Assembly (NCBI GenBank): GCA_965153455.1
Contig: OZ234493.1
Coordinates: 31,114,213-31,178,212 of the forward strand
Direction: 5' to 3'
Length of the DNA stretch: 64,000 nucleotides
Source: Sphagnum compactum
Taxonomy: Eukaryota
Part shown: piece after piece, positions 52,590 to 64,000 of the stretch
How the letters are laid out: each line of letters opens with the position of its first letter
Position numbering within the stretch: the first letter of the stretch is position 1
Translations under genes and position numbers: made by a program
Notes under the pieces: generated by a model
Database searches by the model: none
The model's input: the letters and a program-made list of their open reading frames with translations, nothing else
Told to the model about the DNA's origin: nothing

Positions 52590-53076
52590 CAGTGTTGTTA
52601 GGTACTGTTTAAACGAAAAAACAAAAAAACGTTTTTTTGTCGTTTAAACGGTGTTTAAACGTTCTCCTTCGGTACCAGAAAAACGCCCATATAAAAAAAC
52701 GATGCAGTGCCCTGCTGCAGTGCAAGTTGCACTACAGAATGCGATTCGTCGGCATTGCCTCAAACGTTGTCGCGGGGCTGGGCATGGGTGAAGCGGACGT
52801 GAATGACGATGAGGGGCTTGAGGTCGTTGAGGAAGGACAAGTACGTCCGCCATGGCCGATGGGAAACGTCCCAAACTGGCCACAAGAGCCCACCCCCGCC
52901 AAGCTCACCGGCTTGTGTGGCACGAAAGTGGCTTTGGGGGTCCTATTTGAAGGCGTAGACCTTCCTGACTTGTACTAAATGGAAAAAATTGCGTTTAAAC
53001 GTAAAGAAACCGTTTAAACGTTTAAATGTCGTTTAAACATTTACTAAATTTGTGACGATCGTTTTTAACAACACAG
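52590..53076. mobile_element. Small TIR element with GTTTAAAC subterminal repeats and a GC-rich core
   Basis: CAGTGTTGTTA ... TAACAACACAG ends; GTTTAAAC at 52608, 52642, 52653, 52993, 53012 and 53031; flanks ACATAAT / ACTTAAT (6/7 match). Confidence 0.7.
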
Positions 53077-53099
53077 ACTTAATATGTAAAAACATTGTG

Positions 53100-54230
53100 T
53101 TGAGAGGTAAAGGCTTAACTAAAAAGAGATAAAGGTTTTGTTGAAAGGTATAGGTTTAACCAAAAATATATAAAAGAATTGTTGGGAAGTAAGAGTTTAG
53201 CCAACAAAGAGAAATGTTTTGTTGAGAGGTCGAAGTTTAGCTAAAAAAAGATATAGGTTTTGCCAAGAGTTAAAATTTTAGCCAAATATATATATAATTT
53301 TTGCCAAGAGAGAAAAAATTAGTTAAGAAAAAATATAAGTGTTGCCAAGAGTTAGAAAATTAATTACGAAAAAATATAAGTGTTGCCAAGAATAAATATA
53401 AGTTTTAAGTTTTGCCAAGAGATAAAAGTTTAACCAAGAAGAGATATAAGTTTTGCCAAAAGTTAGAATTTAGCCAAGAATAGATATAGGTTTTGCCAAA
53501 AGAGAAATGTTTAGCCAAGGAGAAATATAAATTTTGCTAAAAGAAAAAAGTTTAACCAATAAGGGATATAGGTTTTCCCAAGAAAGAAAAATTTAACTAA
53601 GAAGAGATATAGGTTTTGCCAAGAGAAAAAAGTTTAGCCAAAAAGATATGTAGGTTTCACCAAGAGATAAAAATTTAGCTAAAAAAATATATTGTTTTGC
53701 CAAGAGATAAAAGTTTAGCCAAAATATATATATAAGTTTCCAAGAGAAAAAATTATAGCTACGAAAAGATATAGGTTTTGCCAAAAGAAAAAAAGTTTAA
53801 CCAAGAATAGATATAGGTTTTGCCCAAAAAAAAAATTTAGCCAAGAAAAGATATAGCTTTTTCAATAGAGAAAAGTTTAGCCAAAAAAGGATACATATTT
53901 TGCCAATAGGAAAAAAAATTAGCTATAAAAAAATATTGGTTTTGCCAAAAGATAAAAGTTTAGCCAAGAAAAAATATAGAGCTTGGCTAGTTTTTCTAAA
54001 CTCACACTAGTGTGAGTGTTTGGTAGCCTTAGCTCGTATTTCTAGCATGGAAAAAGGCCCAGCTACATTGTAGAAGGTCATTGCTTCCTGCTCTTATGTC
54101 GTCCCCTGGGCGTTTTTGCCAAGAAAAAAAAGTTTAACCAAAAAGAGATATAAGTTTTGCCAAGAGATAGAAGTCTAGCCAAGAATAGATATAGGTTTAG
54201 CCAAGAAGAAATATAGGTTTTGCCAGGAAA
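53100..54230 (+). repeat. Degenerate tandem array of about 41-bp bipartite units
   Basis: Consensus GCCAAGAGATAAAAGTTTA-GCCAAGAAGAGATATAGGTTTT repeated about 20 times, interrupted at about 53985-54110. Confidence 0.9.
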
Positions 54231-57200
54231 AAATATAAAAGGTAGGCAAGGGATTGGTTGGGTTCAAGGTTTAAGTTAAGAGGTAGGTTGGTAGGGTAAC
54301 TCGGTGGGAGGGTAGTATGGAGGGTCAGGGTTGAGAAAAAATTGGCCCAAAAAAAAAGGTCAAAGGTCAGCATGCAAAAAAATTGAATGTGGTAGAATGT
54401 TGGTTAATATAGGGTGAATAGGAAAATGAAAAACATAGCCCATCTAGTGGATAGAACAACCAACTAGTGCAATCATGGAGGTTGGTTCATTTTGGCCCTA
54501 CTCTAATACAAAAATCGGAACAAGTCTTTAAGAGGTGTCACATTTACCTATATTAGAAGGGCAAATGGGTAGAGGCCCTTTCAAGGCAAGTTATAGCATT
54601 GAGTTGGGTCCCATGATCCATGGCATCAAAGGGGTGCACTCCACTATAGATTAAATGAACAAAGCCCAAGGACCCATCCCTACATATTAAAGCACCAAAA
54701 AAAATAAATTATTATCACTCAAACCAACTTTGATCTAAGATCAATCTCAATTTAGATCCAATTCCTATTAACTAAGACCTTGAAATGGCAATTAAGTATC
54801 CCCCAACTCCAGTCCTAATCATTTTTCAAAAACATTGTTCTAATTCCAATTCCACACATAAATTAAGAATCTGGTTGCAAGTATAATTCTTGTTTTGAAA
54901 ATCAAACCTAGTTCAAATCTGGTTTTTATTAACTGAAATCAAAACCAAGGTGGGCATGTTGCTACCGATGTTGTGAATGTAAATGGTGTAACATTGAAAT
55001 AGTGTCAAGGTTTTTTTTTATGGATGGATGGAATGTGAAAACCCTAAATGCTATGGATGAAAGGCAGAAGGTGACAAACTATGGGATGGTTGGGCATCAT
55101 GAAGGGTTGTGGATGCCGAAAGTTTATTTTCTATTGTTTATTTTCTACATTTGGTTGTTTTTGTTAGCTTACATGTTATATGTTTTTGATGTCTTGTTTT
55201 TCATAAGAGTGACACTACTAATTTAAGTTTGGTGATGGAATGGATTCTTTGTTGTTGATGTAATGGCTCTTTGATGGAAATGCGTATCATGTTGCACAAT
55301 GATGGTTGGTGGGGAGTTTCAACACCATTGATGAAAGGTGGTATAAAAACTTGGATAAATAAAAGTTCCCATGGAAGGAAACGACAGACGCATCTAGAGC
55401 TAAGTTTTTCTTCTCTTGTGCGTGTGTGGTTTATGTAAAGTGTGTTGAGTATAGTTAACATAAACAATTGGGGCACAAGTGGTCTTCAAATTTATTTTTG
55501 GAGTTGACATTCCACTACGTCATGGACTTCATGAAGGAAATAGAAGATTTAGTTGTAAGAGTCATGGACCAGAACAAGGGAAGTTATGATAACATCTAGG
55601 ATTTCATGAACGGTCATGGTGGCAAATTCATCTTGTTTGTGATTTTCAGGGCAATTGTGGGAAGCTATTAGTCTACTTGTGTTTGAAAGAAAGTACCTTT
55701 GCAAGAGCTTCGGGGAATTGAACTATGTGGAAGGGTGTGGGTTTCATGAAATTTTGATGTTGCATTGTCCAATATTATGTCTTTTTATGTCCACTTTCTA
55801 TGGGAAGAGCTAACGAGATTGGGGCATTTGTTGGCATTTTAAGTTTAATGTTGAAAGATGAGTTGCCACAAAGTATGACCAGTTAGCTCTTGAGAGGAAA
55901 TCAAAAGAGATATGATCCCTTGAGGTCCAAAGTTCATATGTTGTAGAAGTCATAGAATAACCAAGGTTAACGAATTAGATATGTTAAATTCAATGCATTT
56001 TCACTTTGATGAGATCAATAAATTGTAGATGCATTGATCTTGTTAATGTGTTTTCTAGTTAAGTCACCCCTCCCTTTTTGGCAACAATGGTTCAAGACTT
56101 ACATTTTGTGTAAGTGTATAATATTCATCTACATTCATGTAAATGTAAAAATAAATACATTTATATGGTTTTACATGGCTATGTAAAACAATGTCAATGT
56201 AAAACAAATATATTTTTATGGTTTTATGCAACTATGTAAAATAAGGTGAAAAATGTGATTTTTACTTGGGGAAAGACAAATTTGAGAATGTTTTTGGTGA
56301 TAGGCCAACCAAATGGTCCGTTCCCCAAAAAAAAAATTAAAAAAATCAAACATTTGTGCTTTGGGATGCACTACAATTAATTTAATTAATTAATATGAAT
56401 CACAATAAGTACTTAAGCTCTTGTAAAAGCCTAGGCCAAAAATGATGATGAACAAAGTTAGGAATAAAAGTTCCACTTAAGCAATAAAGTGGGGCAAAAT
56501 GTGCATTCAAGATATTCCTTCAAATAACACAACCATAGTCCCATATTGGTAGAACATGCTAATTAAGTTTGAGGAGTATCGAAGTACTATGATTTTTTGT
56601 AATGGGTCAATCAAATTGGTCCATTTCCACAAAACAAATTGAGTTTTACAATGCACCCAAAACTAATTAATATGGATTTGCAAGAAGGTATGGTCATTAA
56701 GGGTATATAATATATAGACTTACACACCTCAAAACATTTACACGAGGTTGTGTGAGTGTATTTGACAAATATTTACATTGGTTAGTTGTAAGTGTAAAAA
56801 ATAAGGCTATGTAAGTGTAAAGGATTTACACTTACATGTCATATATACAATTATTGACACTTACATGAACAACATTGGTTGTTCTTCACTTTGTTGGATA
56901 CATTTTAAAGCAAAAAACAACCAATGTTGTTCATGCAAGTGTATTGGTATCCAACAAAGTGAGTATCCACCCAACCTTCTTCTCAAAGCTAAGCATTGAC
57001 ATTTGTGATTTATCATACATTATATATAAACGCATCAGTTGGCAAATATGTAGGTGTGCACTAAGTTTTTTTTTCCATTTTTTTATGTAGCAAAGGTGGT
57101 GATCATCCATAAACCAATTTAACCAAATTTGGCTACTAACAAAATATGAAATGAAATATTTTAACATCTTTATATATATTTATGGCTACTATTTGAACCA

Positions 57201-58069
57201 TGTACATAAATTTGGAGACTTTTTACGATTTTTTTGAATTTGCAACAAAAATTTTGAAAATTTTGCAACATTATGAAATTTTCTTAGAAAAAGGTTGATG
57301 TCCACAAGTTGAATACATTAACTTTAAAGAAAAATGTGTGAAGGATTTGTCAAAAATTGTAATCTATATATTAAAATAGGTGTTTGTTTGGATGTGACCA
57401 TTTCATAATTTTCTCAAACTGTGCCCCTTCATTTTACTTTTGTACTATCAAAAAACTCTTGATGAAGTAATGTGCATGTTTGTTGTTTCTCAATTTTTTT
57501 GACTAATGAAACAAAAATGATTGAATTTAGAATAATTTCCATTAAACTTAATTTTAAAATGTTCCACAAAAACTCCAAAGTTAAACCCACTTTGACTAGA
57601 ATAGTATTGGGACAAATGACCTTAGAGGAGGTTGAATATATTGGGGCCAATGACACATTAAAGGCCCACTAGTATACCATTAAATTTTTCATAGTTTTGT
57701 GTTTAACATGAGTCCAACAACCATAGGTCAATCAATTTTAAGTTAGGAATCACATATTTGATCAATGCTTCAAGTGAGTACAATTTTTACCAACCTTAGA
57801 ATATGTTTATAGACATTAATAGTCATGAAAAAACTAGAAAAAGACAAACTCAACATACATGTCTTGATGATGTTTTTTTTATAAAGCTTTGTTGATTAAA
57901 TCCTTGTTCATGTCATGTTGCAAAATTTAACTTCACCACAACAATATGAAATGATAATGCCATCTTTCAACATTGTGCTAAGTTTACTTACAAGGGGAGT
58001 TTACAAAATATTTTCCAAGCTTTCACCATATATATTCATTGCAATTCATGAACAATATACCTATAAATT

Positions 58070-58978
58070 TGTTGCAACCCCGACCTTAGGTTCATGATCA
58101 AGGCTAAAGCACGAAAAAGAAAACATGCCAAGAGAAAAGCTAGGTTGTCTTGAAATTCAAACACATTTTCACAATTGTGGGAGAGTGCAAGGGAACAAGG
58201 CCCAACATTTTAAGTATATTCTCAAGTGGATTCTCACTTTGGGAACCCTAGGGTGTCCCAAATGTTTGGATCAAGGTTTTTGGGGCTAAACCTTATGCAA
58301 ATGGGCCCTCTTTAGACCATTGGAAATATGTTGAAGGGTAAAATACTAAAATGGGGTTTTGGTCACAAAATAATCACATGTACAACACAAGTTATGGCAA
58401 GTTATGAAAGGTCAAAAATCAAATTACCAACATGAATCTTGATCATTTAATCATTTGACAACATAGTCAAATCAATTTCAATTAAGGAGTTTTGATTGAG
58501 GAAAGATCACTTCAAGGGCTATAACAAAATTGCCTTTGAAAACTTTCCAATTTAAAGCAAAATGAGAAAATTATGAGCCTTTAACATGGGAAGATTCATA
58601 ATTTCACAATTTTGATATTTTTAGGAAAGAAATGTCATTACAATGTAACCTTCATTAGTAAATGAAGAATATACAATAGGGAGGAGAGTGGTGATTCTTC
58701 TCAAGTTTACATCATGGTGAATCTTGTGAATTTTGTGTTAACTTGTGGTTCGAAACAGTTTGGTTCCAAATTACATTAATTGCCTTTTATTGAAATCATA
58801 AATTAAATTCATGGTCATGTCCCTCGTGGTCATGAACTTAATTTAGGATTTCAATTGAGTATCATTTAAAAACTCCCATGCCTTCTTCTTTGTTGGGGAG
58901 TAACAAGGGCACCTAGGTTTGCATTTTGTTGCAAAATCGAAAATTGGCAAAGTTTTTGACCACCAATATTGTTTCACA
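58070..58978. mobile_element. Putative solo LTR
   Basis: Starts TGTTGCAACCC, ends TTTCACA, with identical 4-bp flanks AATT (58066-58069 and 58979-58982); no coding capacity. Confidence 0.6.
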
Positions 58979-59754
58979 AATTTAGAGGTGTGTTAAGACT
59001 GATGAAGATGGTGGCAAGCATTTGAAAATTGAAATTCTTGATTAAATATGGACATTGGGCCCAACAATTCCATGTAAAGAAAATAAGGTGGTCCATTTTA
59101 GTAAAGCTTTTGCTTGAGGGCTTTTGTTGATGTAAAGATTGCAAGTATTTGATTTTTCTTTCCAATTTTGTTTTTTTTTTCTTAGGTGATTAAATAATTA
59201 GATTATGTTTATTTCTTGGTACAACAAAGTAATATGTGATATCAAGAGCTATGAACCCAAAAAAATATAGTAGAACAATAAACCCAAAAAGATGTCCTTG
59301 TTTGGAAACATTCAATAAAAGGCAAGAACTTTGCAAAAAACCTAAAAAAGGAGTCATATTACGCTTATTCTTCAATATTAGGATGGATCTTATGTTTACA
59401 AATAGGTGTACGATCCCTCCCACTCTTAAAGAATAGCTATAAAAACCCTCCCCTTCGTATGTGTCATGATTTATGTATGTTTAATGTAAGGTAAAGATTG
59501 AAAATAATTCTTTTTTGGGAATGAAAGCCCAAATGTGACATCAGAATGAAATGTTAAACCAAATTCACAAAACAAACTTGTTTCAAATCCTTACACAACA
59601 TAAAAATCTATAAAATCTTAAATGATTTCAATTATTTTCAATAGGAAAGGAGGCACCTTGCGTGTAAGGTTTTTCATGAAAATGAAGAACCTTACATGTA
59701 AGGTGCAAGGTGAACTCTTATGTTGAGGTAGAAATTTTACAGAAGGGGTAGGCA

Positions 59755-60960
59755 CTAATGTTGGGTGGTTTTCATTTTTTTGTGAAAACCATTAGGGTTT
59801 TGATTTTCACATACAATTTGAAGAATTGAACCAGTTATCTAAATTTTCCACAAAAAACTAGCTAGGGTATTAGACCTTTGAATTTTTTTTAATTAAACAA
59901 GTTTTTTAAATGTCGGTTCTTACAAATTTAAGACCAATCGATTTTCAAACACAGTTCTTATTAGTTGGTTATCAAAATTTCAATTATTTTTAGCAAAATG
60001 ATTTTTTAGTTACAAAATTACTAAAAATGGTAAAAATAACAAAGAATGAAAAAAATCCTTCACATTTAAATATTCGATAACTTCATTTTATTTAAATGAA
60101 CCTTCAAAATGCTTGAAATCTCCTTCCATTCTAAGATATTTTTCAATTAACTCCACTAAATTAGGAGATTTGTAATCAATTATTGGATCATTAGGCCAAT
60201 TCTTGCTCACAAATATCAATTTCCCTAAATTAGCCATTTATAAATGACATCTGAATTTAAGTTTGTTAATATATCAGCTAAAGAAAAAATGTTATTTGCT
60301 TCCATTTGAAAATTTATAATGTTTAATATTTGGCAGACCAAAAAACCAACAATGAGACACATGGATTTGTGCTTCTCCCACCATTGAGGCAAACATTTGA
60401 TATCCTTGATGTCCATTTAGTATCTTTTGAGAATTTGCAACTTTTGCCCATAAGCTCTTTCATTGGCTCATTAGTGTTGGTAGTTTGTTCAAACATATTT
60501 AATTCACAATCTTCTTCAACCATTGGATCTACACGATCACCTTTAGATTCTAACAAAAGATGTAAATGATTATGGCATTTGATAAGCATGGGATATAATG
60601 ATTTCTTGTCATATTTTTCAACAATATCCACACCTTTTTGTGGCCAACATAAAACAATATTAGGCAAAAGCTTTTAAACCTAAGGGTTATCATCAAGGAC
60701 AACATGTTATGAGTTTTACATCATATTTCTTTAAAAAGGGTAGGAAAGACTCCAATGCCCTTGAAACCTCCTTTTTCATGTTAGAGGCCAACAAAGACAA
60801 CCCAAGAATAACCCCAAAATCATCATCTATCAAATTTTCTAAGGTTGGTGGGATTTAAACTTCTATCCCCAATTTCAAACACATTATTATTATAGAATGC
60901 AATGCGTCACTTAACAACTAATGTCCTTCAAATTAATTCATAACACAAGCACTCAAAACC
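59755..60960 (-). mobile_element. hAT transposase relic with TIR-like end
   Basis: Minus strand HNMLSLMI, CLPQWWEKHKSM..VGFLVCQIL..NIFSLADILTNL, IFVSKNWPNDP, homologous to the 45090-46732 copy. End motif CTAATGTTGGGTGG at 59755 resembles CTAGTGTTGGGTGG (63186) and CCACCCAACACTGG (47823-47836). Confidence 0.75.
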
Positions 60961-61374
60961 ATGGAAATGTAGTAAAAAAATATTTGAAAAATATGCCATG
61001 TAAAAGGAGGTAACATTTTTCCATTGATTTTGATAAAAATTAGTATATTGTAAGAAAAGTTAATATCATTATGAAATTGTAAATTTTTTTGGAACATAAT
61101 CACTTTGAAGGCAAATTATAAACAAAGTTTAACATTCAATGTTAATATTTTCAAACTATAGTTCAAATAAAAAACTAAAATCTAAATGTTCTATGTTCAA
61201 ATTAAAAATAAATGATTGTAGAAATCATTTCAAGTGAAAAAAAATTAGCTTATATTAATTGGAGTGTTTGGTTTTCTTAAATGGATATTAGAATCCTCAC
61301 AAACCTTATTCCATTCTCATTTTCTTTTTTCAAAATGTTTAGGCCAAGTTATACATTTATAATTGAGTGGTAGT

Positions 61375-62270
61375 AAGAGGAGTCAAACAACACGACAAGA
61401 ATTCAACAACAACACAAGAGGAACTAAGTAGCATGCATGAAAATTAGGTCAAAATAATATTTGAGTTTGGAGAAGCTAAGTGGTAGCAAGAAAAACCAAA
61501 CAACAATAAGACAAGTCAAATAGTAGCAATAGAAAAGTCAAACAACACAACAATAGGAATTGAACAACAACACTAGAGGAATTGAAGAACATGCATGGGA
61601 ATTAGGTCAAAATGGTATTTGAGTTTGGAAAAGTTGAGTAGCAACAAGAAAAACCAAACAACAACAAGATGAGTTGAAGAGTAATAAGAGGAGTTGAATA
61701 ACACAACAAGAAGAGCTAAGTAACAAGAAAAAGAACTTAACAATAAAAAAAGATTAGCTGATTAACAATTAAAGTAATCAAACAACATAATAAGAAGAGT
61801 TAAACAACAAAACAAGAGAAGTTAACCAACAATAAGAGGAATCAATTATCAACTTAAGAACAACACAAAAGGAGTTAGAAGAAGAGTAGAACAACAATGC
61901 CATTTTAAGAATTGAATAACAACACAAGAAGAACTGAACAACAACATTGCAAGAAGAGTCAAGGAACACCACTAGAAGAACCAAATAACAATGACAATAA
62001 AAGAATCGAGTAACAACACAAGAGGAGCCAAACAACAATTATGTAAAAGGAATTGACTAACGACACAAGAAAAGTTGAACAATAATATCGTAAGAGGAAT
62101 TGAGCAAGAACATAAGAGGAGCCAAATAATAATGTTACAAAGAGGAGTTGAGTAGCAACATAACAAAAATTGAACAACAACGTTACAAGAGGAGTGAGTA
62201 GCAACACAAAAGTAATTGAGTAATAACATCGTAAGAAAAGTTGAACAACAGCACATGAAAACCCAATCAA
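61375..62270 (+). repeat. Degenerate A-rich tandem array of about 20-bp units
   Basis: Variants of CAAGAGGAGTTGAACAACAA recur throughout; includes a higher-order duplication (GCATGAAAATTAGGTCAAAAT / GCATGGGAATTAGGTCAAAAT). Confidence 0.8.
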
Positions 62271-62960
62271 GCCAACAAAAAAAATTCAACTTATAAGCTT
62301 AAAAAAAATACAAAGAAAATCTTCAATTTTAGAACTTTGTAAAGCTCTAACACAAAAACCAAAAGCACAAAATAAATTAAATAACAAAGTGGGACCCAAA
62401 TAAAAAGTGAAAAAGTGGAGAAAAAGTTTAGTTTCCACCAGCTGTGATGGTAGTTGGTTGAAATTTGAGAAGTGCATCTTATTCTATTTAAGTACCCTAT
62501 TAGGTATACTACTTTTGATATTTAAATAAAGGACACAGTGTAGGGGTCAATCTTCACCCCATTGTAACCTTGTGGGTCGAATATCAACTCAAATCTCATT
62601 GTAAGTATTATTTGATTTTCTTGATGAGAACCGACTTAAACTCACGGCAAGTTTTTTCTTCATTTTTAATACTCACCCAATGGTAGTCATTTTGGGGATA
62701 CCCTACATAATGAGGCAAGAAGTTATTACCCCCCCCCTCCCCCCTAATTGTTTTTTAAGAACCTTAACATCTCGTTTGAGATGGGTAAAGACAAATGTGG
62801 GGGACAACATTGCCAAAATGTCACACCAAACCTGTGTATGGTCTCCTATTAGGCCCTTTATTATATTATGGGAATGGCCATTTTGGGGGCTTTAACCCCC
62901 TCAATTGTTTCATTGTAGTGAAAACAAAATTGTTGGGAAGTTGGTTCAAACTACCCAAGT

Positions 62961-63126
62961 CACTAGTAGAAAATATGTCTATTTTGACTTGTCTTTGTTG
63001 ATTAAAAGAGTAAAAACAGTGTCATTGTCGATTAAAAAATTTTGACTATTTCAATTGACAATGAAATTTTTTCGACTCTTTTAGTCGACAAAGACAAGTT
63101 GAAAAATACATGTTTTTCTACTAGTG
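62961..63126. mobile_element. 166-bp palindromic CACTA MITE
   Basis: CACTAGTAGAAAA ... TTTTCTACTAGTG, inverted symmetry over most of its length, perfect 3-bp TSD AGT (62958-62960 and 63127-63129). Confidence 0.93.
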
Positions 63127-64000
63127 AGTGGAGACTATAAACATTACCAACAATTAGAGACCTAATTTGACTTGGGATGTTTTTACTAGTGTTGGGTGGA
63201 TATTTGAAGGTCCACTGAATATTAATCGAGTTTTACCCCATGTATATATATATATATATATATATCCACCAAATGTTGAATTTTTAAAATCGACCTTGCC
63301 TTGAACCCAAACATTTTAGAAAATTTGTACTCACCCCCACCTCATAACTAGAACTTTTAGAAATTCAAATAGCTTAACCATACCTAGTCTAAAGGGAAGT
63401 AAATGGAAAGGGTATTTCCGAAAAACCTATATGCCCTTATAGTATTTGATTTATACACTTTCAACATATTATGGTTAGGGTTAAGGATTTTGTAGTCTGT
63501 AGTTTGTAGTGCACATGTTTCCTTCACTTTTCATAATAGCTTGCAACTTCCAATGTTCATTTTGAGACTTGTATCAATGTGTTGTCAAAACTATGAATTC
63601 AAGCTATGAGTTACTAGAGCTTTATAGGACGAATCAATTTTCTTTCAAGGGAACATGGCTGCTACAAAACCTTTGAAAAAGGTAAGTGTTTCTAGAGCGC
63701 TGTATCATTTTTTGAGTTTAAGTCACTTTGTTTGGTTTCATTTATTGCACCATCATTTCTACATTGGTATGAAAATTGTATGTTCAAGTTGCCAAGGTGG
63801 TGGAAGGCAAGGGAGTTCAACATAGATTTGGTGATTGATGACAACATTTTGGTCCCCGATCTTGGAGTTTCGCTGTGTTTCATTGGTGGAGGACAGAATT
63901 TTCAACAAATCTTTGGTGATTGTTGCAATGTCTTGGGTGTCTTACATTTGTTTCATTCTTTTAGACGTTCTTTTGTTTTTCACCTTGCTGTTGCAAGCTT

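Larger units (their letters stand above)
49250..54370. mobile_element. Possible large TIR/foldback-type non-autonomous element
   Basis: 49370-49404 (TGGCAAAACCTATATCTCTTCTTGACTAAACTTT) is the reverse complement of the repeat unit arrayed at 53100-54230; C-rich left end versus G-rich right end. Boundaries uncertain. Confidence 0.4.

Noticed and set aside
53100-54230. Repeat-spacer-like array
   Set aside because: The alternating subunits are themselves repeated, so this is a degenerate satellite.
61778-62289. Hydrophobic Leu/Cys-rich minus-strand ORFs
   Set aside because: Translation artefacts of the A-rich tandem array.
63692-64000. Coding-like minus-strand stretch at the window edge
   Set aside because: Contains stops, is truncated by the window, and shows no recognisable motif.

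Overview
AT-rich, intron-containing land-plant genomic DNA, probably a moss or other bryophyte (inferred from gene and transposon style only). Two intact multi-exon host genes lie in the centre: a full-size peroxisomal ABCD transporter (PXA1/COMATOSE-like, 20734-30648) and a LAZ1/TMEM184-family membrane protein (35092-39359). Both flanks are nests of decayed transposons. The most notable object is a Ty3/Gypsy retroelement (about 1665-10470) whose polyprotein reads Gag(2xCCHC)-protease-C5 DNA cytosine methyltransferase-RT-RNase H-integrase-PHD finger, so it carries a DNA-methylation writer and a histone reader. It has a CG-rich 11-mer array in its leader. This copy is dead, mostly through C>T/G>A nonsense changes, and appears inserted just behind the PBS of an older Tat/Athila-like Gypsy element. 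Also present: CACTA MITEs with TSDs, three hAT transposase relics, a REF6/ELF6-like JmjC gene fragment between two of them, a small TIR element with a GC-rich insert, a solo LTR, and head-to-head telomere-repeat palindromes in introns. All calls come from reading and hand translation; no database searches were run.
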